Origin: Basidiobolus meristosporus CBS 931.73
Lineage: Eukaryota > Fungi > Basidiobolomycota
Direction of reading: 5' to 3'
Assembly: GCA_002104905.1 (NCBI GenBank)
Contig: MCFE01000356.1
Span: 1-64,000 of the forward strand
DNA length: 64,000 nucleotides
In this document: in pieces, positions 1 to 7,829 of the stretch
How the letters are laid out: every line of letters starts with the position of its first letter
How positions within the stretch are numbered: position 1 is the first letter of the stretch
Made by a program: the position numbers and the translations under genes
Notes under the pieces: model-generated
Database searches by the model: none
Told to the model about the DNA's origin: nothing
Seen by the model: only the letters and a program-made list of their open reading frames with translations

Positions 1-15
1 CCCTGTTGGAGTCCT

Positions 16-2220
16 CTAACGCAAGCCCTCTTTGGGCAATTGTAGGGGCGTCTTTGGTGCGTATGGCAGTTGGTGCAGAAGTAAGATGGAACAGTTGGAT
101 GAGCTGTCAACCTCTTTGCTATTAATCTCTTGAAGCTGCTCCTCAACCTCAACCGCAACCGCCTCAAGATCCTCATCAATCTCAGGTAGAAAATCATCCT
201 CACTCATCTTGACATCTTGGACAATGCTAGCATCAGCCGCTTTTTTCAGTCGATTCCTCTTCCTGCTCCAGGTATACATATATGGATGGCATGAGTACAG
301 ACGCAGATAGGTATTTGCACCCATCCAACCAACTTCCTCTGGAAGACTTGACTGCAGTTGTTTGTACTCCTGCAGCTCCTCTGGCAAGAATTGGCACAAG
401 ACAATCTGCTCTTGAATACTAGGCATGGATACTGCGCGTTCTCCAAATATTTGCAACTCTGGAACGCGTCTCAATATTAATGGGCCAAGTCTTTCTACAA
501 CCCATTCAACTAGCCTGTTTGCATTGGCCTCCTCAAGTAGGAGTCAATGGAAATCCTTTGGAATGCCTTCCCATAGATTGAATAATGTGAAATATGAATA
601 AAGATCCATAATCTCATTTTGGAATGGGGTGGCAGTGACAAGTATCAAGGATTCTCCATCAATTTTACTCACTGCGTTTAAGCTACCACCTTTGTAGTTC
701 TTAAGTGTATCTGCCTCATTGGCCACTATTCGGCCAAACTTCACATTCCATATAGGCGAATCAGGGTTCCTTGCTTCAACACATAGTGTGTGGTAGGTGG
801 TGAGCACAATCCTCTTAGTCTCCATATCTGACTTCTTGATAGCTCAGAATTTTCCATGAAATACATGAAGCTCTTCATTGGATATCCTTGTTTTTGTCTT
901 TATCTCCATCACCCAATTGAGAAGTATTCCAAGCGTGACAACAATAAGATTTGGCCTTTGCTCAGGTGTCTCCAATATGAGACTTAATATCTGCAATGTC
1001 TTTCCAAGTCCCATGGAATTGGCAAGCAATGCTCCTTTATGGATGGCCTCTGTATACATCAGCCATTGTACGCCAAATGCTTGATGGTGCTTAAGTGGGA
1101 CAGTAAGACCATGGGCACTATGCCGCAAGAAATTTTGAGTCTCAGCACTTCCTTTGCCTTCCCTCTTGTGCCGCTGTGAGATTGTTGCCAATTCATTAAG
1201 AATGCGCCCTAGTAGCTGCTTTGTACTCATTTCTTCCTGACTTGGATTGGGAGGGTAAATCCAGATCTGATTATCGACATCATAGGTGAATGTAACATTT
1301 GCATTGTTGATATATTGGATTTGGTTGCCATACTCGTTTACCACAGCAATAAAGTTTTCTCCAAGCTCCTGTATTGCTGAGTGTACATATTGTCTTTCCC
1401 AATCACCAGTTTGCAATTTTAAACAGTAGAACTTGTTTAAAAAACTCCCATTTGGTTGGGTATAAGGTGGTTCCAATGGTGTAGGATAGCCGCCCAGCAA
1501 GAATAAGCAATCAAATGCGTTGGTAAGAACTGCCCAACCTCTTGCTGAAGGCATATTTGCCGGATTATTCAAGAATGGCCTTGTCTCCAATACTCTGGAG
1601 CATCCATTGCCATCTTTGTATGTGATTACCTCCAGCTTGCTCAGTCTTCTATTGATTGTCTCCCCACTCTTGCTTTGTATCGCTTTTTCCCCCCATTTTT
1701 TGGCACTTTCATGTTGCCCTGAGTATTCTCTATGGCTCAGCTCAAAACCACCATATATGTAGAGATTCTTGTGGTCACTAGCACAGCTGTTGCCAATTAA
1801 AATCACCCCTTTGGCTGCCTCTGTAGTTGATATGTTGTCTGGAGTCAGGAGAACTGTCACTGTGATGTCTTCATCACCGTGTAGATCTGCAAGGTGAATC
1901 ATTTGAACCTTTGAGCTGGGCTCATAGAGTATTCCACGGCCGGATGTTTCTTCAGCTATATGCTCATCATAAGGCAGGGATATTTTGCTGTCTTCAAAGT
2001 GCTCAATAGAATACCCTCCATATAGTAGCAAGTTTTTCATAGATGGGGTAATGGTCATCAAGCAATAGCTGCGTTTTGTTACACCTGCCACCGTTGCCAG
2101 GTAAACGCCAAAACTTTTCCGATGCTCCTTGTAACTGCTGGCTTCTAATGCCATTGGGATAGGGATACAACAACTGCTGCGTGATTTATGTGACGGTGAA
2201 TACTTGATAATACACCACAA
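16..2220 (-). pseudogene. Intronless Kelch-repeat + SNF2-family helicase pseudogene (one reading frame broken by in-frame stops)
   Basis: ORFs 844-2220, 544-825 and 16-474 share one frame, separated by TGA at 844-846 and 544-546. SNF2 motifs: LLANSMGLGKTLQ (I), LIVV..ILLNW..EI (Ia), VLTTY, IVANEAD (II), VTATPFQN (III), LGPLILRR (IV), LRLYSCHP. The N-terminal part has Kelch-like hydrophobic-GG motifs (LLYGGY, YIYGGF, FLLGGY). Confidence 0.8.
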
Positions 2221-2554
2221 CTTGAAAGCTCTTAAGTACTACATACTTTACATATATTAGTCTGTAAATCGTCAATCTTATCAGTTCAACTTATTACTTG
2301 TCAATTCATTGATTTGGGATGGTGGAAATTCTTTATTTACTCAAGTTAGCCAGAGGATGGCGGTGGTGATGGGGGCACAGATAGTGATGATGGGGGAATT
2401 GATAGCAATGAATCAACCTGTGGTATTTTTAAGATGACAATATGACTTGGTCTCTCCACCTCCATTACAGTTTCTGGTTGGCCTATAGTAACCCCACTCT
2501 GCTTCTCCACGTCTTCTTTGCACACTTCCATATCAACCTGCGTGGGGGCCATTC

Positions 2555-3130
2555 TCATTGTTGTGGAGGATTCTGCTCTTGTCTCTTGGCTTGTGGTAGG
2601 TTCAAGGGAGGAAGTAGTATCCCCTCCAATACTGTCGCTTGCAAGTACACCTGGGTCGGAAGATGCACCCTGCTCATTGCTTGCCCTGATGCGGGCAAAC
2701 TTTCCACCATTTGTGCCACTAATGCCTCAGTAGAATGGTGGAAACTGAAATCAATCTGGGCTTGAAGTCCAGCAATATCCCGATTTAGCTTTACAATATC
2801 ACCCCTCCTCTGTTTAATCTCCTGGCACATACGTTGCAATATCTCATGGTGCAATGTTGTCCTATATTCCGGAAGCTCTTGTCAAACCTCTGACAATGCT
2901 TGGGAAACTTGGTTGACCGGCCGCCTGGTAGTGACTACAGCAACTTGCTCAGCATCATCCACGTTTGCTGCAACACCTCCTTCACGCTCCTCTTGGATTT
3001 GGCCACTTCCTTGCCCTCTTCCTCTTCCGCGCCCGGTTCCGCGTCCTCTTCTGCGTCCTTGTCCCCTTCCTTGCTCTCTTTGTACTCTACCTTCACTCCT
3101 GGCATCTACCCAGCTACTGCCTGCTTCCAT
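2555..3130 (-). pseudogene. Decayed ORF, Gly/Arg-rich then coiled-coil-like, product unknown
   Basis: ORFs 2882-3130 and 2555-2854 are in the same frame, separated by a single TGA at 2882-2884. No recognisable family motif. Confidence 0.3.
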
Positions 3131-4784
3131 GCTTCTTGTTTTTTATGAAGGATTATGTCTCCTTTCTCCACTTTTATACTCATTTGGATGATGTCAGTGG
3201 CCCATTCATCATATCTTTCCTTTGAGGTTACTGAGCTTCTTGCTCCTACATAACATCCATCTAGCCAGTATTTGAATCATTTGATGTACACATAAGTTAA
3301 CTTTATTCTGTTCTTATTAACACCATTTTATTTTATTAAAATGCAAAACTACATTGGCAAAATTATTTGGTTTCTGTAATCGTCAATTCTTGTTCCGTCT
3401 CTTAGCTGTGCGACTGTTTCTCTACCTGATCTAAGAAGTGATGCAATTGACTATCACTTAATTTATCAGTCTCTGCCTGATTCTCCTTCATACGCTTATA
3501 ATCCAAATAAGCCACTTGGGGTACTTTATAGTGAGGCAAAGAAGAACTAAGCTGAAGTTTGTTTTGGAACTGCTCAATCACATTGGTTCGTTTTCTCCTC
3601 AGGACAACTGAGTCATCTGCCAATTTTTTCCAAGTTTTCTCCAGGTATTTGGGACTTCCAAAGGTACCACTACCAGAACGGGTAATTGTACTGCTCTTCT
3701 TGCCGCAATCTTTGTCTATAATAGACTCTTGGTCTTCCTTTGGAGCGCAAGGACTGCTATGGTAGAGGCAGCTTCCTCTTTTGGTCTTGATCCCCAAGTA
3801 GGGGTCCTTAAGCTTTCCCCTCATGACTTGTTTATTGACTGTGTTGGTGCTCTACTTGGTGAAGTGTCAGTGAGTGCTGTTTAACTACTAGTTGTTCTCT
3901 TCTGTCCTGTAGATTTATATTACTTTCATATACACTTACTTCATCACATTTCACTTTTGCCGCTCTTGTGACTGTACTCTGGTTTCATTCCTCAACGGCT
4001 AGACAAAACCAAGGCCACCACATATTGGGTGCGGTGGTTTAGTGATCAAAGAGCAAGCTATTGATGCTAATATTGATTTTGAGCATATTGTCTAGGAATA
4101 TCTTGGAACCAACTAGAGTAAATAGTTACTCAATAATTCACATAGTACCACTATTTGCGCATCAATACTTGCTAACAACAAAGCAATGCTTTTCTATGAT
4201 GTTCCATTCCCACGCGGCTGTTTGTTGATAGCCCGTACAATACACAAGTGAGCGTTTAAAGTAAGCATCCACACTACTTTCTGGGGGTATGGTTACCGCG
4301 CACTATAAAAGTGCGTTAGGAACTCATGTATAACTATCATGATGAAAAATAAAAGCACTTTTGTACCACATGGCTAAGTTTTATAGTTCCCGCGGGATAC
4401 ATGTGCACATAGAACATAAGTAGTAGTTGCAATGGTGTCAAATAAAGCTTCTATTATAGCCATAATATATATTGAACTTTTGGATACACTTTATATTTGG
4501 TAAAAGCAATCGGGTTACAGAAAATTTGTATTGGCCATGAATTTTTTTATCATATTAGGGCCGCGCAATTTATGGTGCCCGAAGCTTATCAAAATATGGG
4601 ATTGTGGTCAGATTGGGATGAATCCCATTAATTATTAGATATACATTAAAAATAACAATTTATTAATTAAATAGTCATCAAGACTTATACAGAGCGTATG
4701 GACAGTATAGGGAGACAAATATTGGCCCAGACATGCCCACCATATGAGCAGACAATGTGCCAATTGTAGGGTAAAAATATTTAT

Positions 4785-5040
4785 GGTTAGGGTGATAAGG
4801 GTTAGGAGGAGGAATTCTAGCCCTAAGGGACCAGAACCAAGAATGAGAGAAAAGTAATCCTACGGGAATTTAAAGAGTATGGGAGCAGTATGGGGGATTG
4901 CATCCCCCAAACCCCCTGCTTTTTTATTCTCAAGGGGACTGCGTTCCCCAGACCCCCTGCTCTTCTAACCTTTTCCTAGCCCTTACTATAACACCTACAC
5001 CCTAACCAAGAACACTTAGCCTTGTGGTTATCCCTAACCC
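4785..5040. repeat. Opposed telomere-like repeats flanking two GC-rich hairpin units
   Basis: GGTTAGGGTGATAAGGGTTAGG at 4785-4806; CCCTAACC at 5000-5007 and CCCTAACCC at 5032-5040. Between them lie GGGGGAT-TGC-ATCCCCC-AAACCCCCTGCT (4892-4920) and GGGGACTGCGTTCCCC-AGACCCCCTGCT (4934-4961). Confidence 0.6.
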
Positions 5041-5081
5041 TTCCATACCTATGGTTGTGGGTTCAAATCCTGGATCCAGCA
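5010..5081 (+). promoter_or_regulatory. Degenerate tRNA-like Pol III A-box/B-box pair (possible SINE head)
   Basis: TAGCCTTGTGGTTA (5017-5030) and GGTTCAAATCC (5060-5070) at tRNA-like spacing (45 nt from T8 to T54 equivalents). Acceptor and anticodon stems do not pair. Confidence 0.4.
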
Positions 5082-5321
5082 AAATTTGATTAATAAATTG
5101 ATGTGTGCTCATTGGGAGATGGCTTGATCAACCATTGGGCAAAGTAAAGGCTCTGATTGGCTGAAATCCTTGAAATGCTAATTGGCCAGATTTGCCTAGT
5201 AAATTTGGCCAGTGATCGCCCAGAAATTCATCTCAGCTCCCCCAGTCTACTGGCCATTCCGGCCACAATTCAACTACTGCAAACCAGTATAACTTAGCTC
5301 AGATATATCCAGTTTCTCATT

Positions 5322-5449
5322 TCTCAGGCCTGGCTTTCCAGGAAACCTCTCTCAGACCTAGCTAACTAGGAAATATAGTACTACTCAGCTTCTCAACTCT
5401 CAGACCTGGCTTACCAGGAAGATATCTCTCAGACCTAGCTTTCTAGGAA
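5322..5449 (+). repeat. Four tandem TCTCAG(A/G)-CCTRG-CTWW-CYAGG-AA hairpin units
   Basis: CCTGGCTTTCCAGG 5329-5342, CCTAGCTAACTAGG 5357-5370, CCTGGCTTACCAGG 5405-5418, CCTAGCTTTCTAGG 5434-5447. Confidence 0.85.
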
Positions 5450-5539
5450 TAACTTCAGATTAACTTGGCTTCTTTAGATACTTGTCATAAGTAAATAAAG
5501 ATTTCACCACTGGGTGACTTTCCTCCCCCCTAACCCTAA

Positions 5540-7138
5540 GCACTTGATCAAGGGAGAATCCATAATGTGCTCAAGAGGCTTCCCAACTCTACTGCTCCAG
5601 GTGTGGACACAATCTCCTATGAGCTTCTGAAGACTAGTACCAAGGCCATGTCTGCACTTCTGCTTCCACTGTTTCAGCAATGCTCAGCCCAGCTTTCTAC
5701 TCCTGAGGAATGGTCCTTTGCAAATGTTCTGCCACTGTACAAGGGTAAAGGAAAGCACCTGGATCCTAGCTCCTACAGGCCAATATCTCTGCTGCCCACC
5801 TGCAGAAGGGTGTTTGAGCTTCTGCTAGCTCAGGAGCTCTACTCTGACTCCCTCAAGTTTCATCCTGCACAGTTTGGCTTTGTTCCTGGCCTCTCCTTGG
5901 AATATGCAGTCATACTTAGCCAAGATCACTCTCTCCAGTGCAAGTATCCCTCTGTTCTGTTTGATATTACTAAGGCCTTTGATTCAGTTGACAGAAATCT
6001 GCTTTGGTCCAAGTTGCAATGCTTCTCCAGTACCTCTCTCACCCTCCTTGTCAGGTCTCTGTTTCTGGATCCACAAGCAAGAATTCTGCACCCAAGTGAG
6101 CAATCAGCTGTGTTCTCAGTTCCTAATGGAGTGGTTCAAGGCTCTGTGCTTGGTCCTATACTGTTTGCCATCTTCCTGAATGATTTCCCAAGACTCTCAG
6201 CTGACTGCCTGGTTACTCTCTTTGCTGATGACATCAGAATATCCTCCTCCAATGTGCAACAAGACTCCCAGACCATCCACCAGTATCTGCAGAAGAATAA
6301 TCTCCAGCTTTCCATTGCAAAGACAGTACCTTTGGGCTCTCCCATCAACTTGGAGAACTCCACTCTACCTGCTCAAGTTTCTGCTACATATCTTGGCTTT
6401 CCTTTCCCTCCTACTGGACTAGACTCTGGAGCACACCTGAAGAAGAGAATTATCCTGGCAAGACAGGCACTCCACAAGCTACTGGCTGTTACTCCTCCTA
6501 CAACTTCAGCTCCCAGCTGCCTCCTTCTACTCAAGCAGTTTGTCTTCCCTGTTGTGCAATTTGGCTTACCACTTCTCTCTCTTACTTCCAGAGACTGCAC
6601 TAAGCTTGACAAGTTTGCAGTATGGTGCATTACCTCCTTGGTGCCTCATTTGCCTGAATGCCCCTACAGACATGCTATTCTTGGTGCTTTTGGGTTTATG
6701 CCCTATAAGATCAGACTTCTCTACCTTAGAACCAGATTATACCTCAGACTTCACAACTGCTACAACCCACTGATTAAGGCCTGCAAGAGAACACACCACA
6801 CAACACCTGGCTCCTGCTGGAGAACTATACTTGGAGATCCTGAAGTCAAGAAGTTTGCTCACTATATTCTGCAGTCAGAAAAACCCAAGCTGGCCTACCT
6901 GAAGTACTTGACAGACCTTTGGCAGCAATATCTGCAGCAGCACACTCCCTTTATGATGAATATCAATCCTTATCACATTCCCCTCATTAATGTTGTTCAC
7001 AAGTCATTCTTACCTCTCTTGCTACCCCCCTTCCCACTGAACAGTGTCTTGAGCACTGAAGAACTATCATCACTTCTTATTAACTTACCTACAAATTCCC
7101 CTCAGCTACACACTCTTGTATCAAAGCTACAACAGTAG
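5540..7138 (+). CDS. 5'-truncated LINE-type (non-LTR) reverse transcriptase with uncharacterised C-terminal domain
   Basis: Motifs APGVDTI, YRPISLL, QFGF, FDITKAFDSV, GVVQGSVLGP, FADD and YLG. The frame is open from 5540, directly after CCCTAACCCTAA, to TAG at 7138. No endonuclease is present in the retained part. Confidence 0.93.
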   Translation, partial: ALDQGRIHNVLKRLPNSTAPGVDTISYELLKTSTKAMSALLLPLFQQCSAQLSTPEEWSFANVLPLYKGKGKHLDPSSYRPISLLPTCRRVFELLLAQELYSDSLKFHPAQFGFVPGLSLEYAVILSQDHSLQCKYPSVLFDITKAFDSVDRNLLWSKLQCFSSTSLTLLVRSLFLDPQARILHPSEQSAVFSVPNGVVQGSVLGPILFAIFLNDFPRLSADCLVTLFADDIRISSSNVQQDSQTIHQYLQKNNLQLSIAKTVPLGSPINLENSTLPAQVSATYLGFPFPPTGLDSGAHLKKRIILARQALHKLLAVTPPTTSAPSCLLLLKQFVFPVVQFGLPLLSLTSRDCTKLDKFAVWCITSLVPHLPECPYRHAILGAFGFMPYKIRLLYLRTRLYLRLHNCYNPLIKACKRTHHTTPGSCWRTILGDPEVKKFAHYILQSEKPKLAYLKYLTDLWQQYLQQHTPFMMNINPYHIPLINVVHKSFLPLLLPPFPLNSVLSTEELSSLLINLPTNSPQLHTLVSKLQQ

Positions 7139-7278
7139 CACTGGCTTCTTTGTTTCAACTGAAATAAAGATTTCACCTGTTGGTGACTGTCTCCCCCCCT
7201 AACCCTCTTTATTTGTAGTTAGACTTGTCTGAAATCAAATAAAGATTTCACCTACCTTGGTGACTTTCCCTCCCCTAA

Positions 7279-7631
7279 GGCTTAAATCTAACTCCTCCCT
7301 GAAATCTTCTTGCTGGCACACCCTGGTTGGCTCTGCTGTAGTAACAGAGCTTGCTTCAAAACTTCAAAAAGCTGAGAAACCAAGACTACTGGCTCAGGAC
7401 CATCTAACATCTATGTGGCAGAGCTACTTACAAGTCCACACACCTTTCCTACTACACCTAATCCCAGGCTGGGTTCCAGTCTTGGATTATATTGATTGGA
7501 AACATCTACAATTTGTACTTCCCCCAAAACCCCTGAATTTTATATTTACCCCTGATGAGCTTTACCTTATTGAAACAAACATTAGAGATGAAACAAAGCA
7601 TAAGTTAGATTACTTATTAGAGAGTTTCTAG
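7279..7631 (+). pseudogene. 5'-truncated C-terminal fragment of a second, diverged subfamily of the same retroelement
   Basis: SCWHTLVG...LQKAEKPRL...LTSMWQSYLQVHTPFL...LPPKPLN...TPDEL aligns with SCWRTILG...LQSEKPKL...LTDLWQQYLQQHTPFM...LPPFPLN...STEEL of the 5540-7138 ORF, and is followed by the same 3' module. Confidence 0.85.
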
Positions 7632-7727
7632 ACCTCTTAATTGGCTTCTTTATTTGTACTTGGATTAGTTCTTAACTCAAATAAAGATTTCACCAACTTG
7701 GTGACTTTCCCTCCTGTAACCTTGAGT

Positions 7728-7829
7728 CCTAGCTTTCTAGGAATAACTTCAGATTAACTTGGCTTCTTTAGATACTTGTCACAAGTAAATAAAGATTTCA
7801 CCACTTGGTGACTTTCCTCCCCCTAACCC
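7728..7829 (+). repeat. About 102-bp direct repeat of 5434-5536
   Basis: CCTAGCTTTCTAGGAATAACTTCAGATTAACTTGGCTTCTTTAGATACTTGTCA...CCCTAACCC occurs at both positions, with two substitutions and a one-C indel. Confidence 0.95.

Noticed and set aside
3402-3824. 140-aa minus-strand ORF as a gene or transposase
   Set aside because: No recognisable motif, and it lies in decayed AT-rich DNA; no product can be supported.
4308-4325. CGCAC-TATAAAA-GTGCG hairpin as a Helitron 3' end
   Set aside because: No CTRR terminus at the expected distance on either strand.
5010-5081. Functional tRNA gene
   Set aside because: The acceptor, D and anticodon stems do not pair; only the promoter boxes and part of the T arm resemble tRNA.
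5540-7138. Penelope-like (Athena/Coprina) or telomerase RT identity, suggested by the telomeric tails
   Set aside because: The motif set (APG.D.I, YRPISLL, QFGF, D..KAFDSV, GV.QGS.LGP, FADD, YLG) is that of LINE-type non-LTR RTs.
7552-7576. Hammerhead ribozyme core CTGATGAG...GAAAC
   Set aside because: The intervening 13 nt cannot form stem II, and the match lies in coding sequence (PDELYLIET). Likely coincidence.
5493-7829. CRISPR-like repeat-spacer array
   Set aside because: Spacing ranges from about 75 to 1670 bp, the spacers are retroelement bodies, the host is eukaryotic and there are no cas genes.
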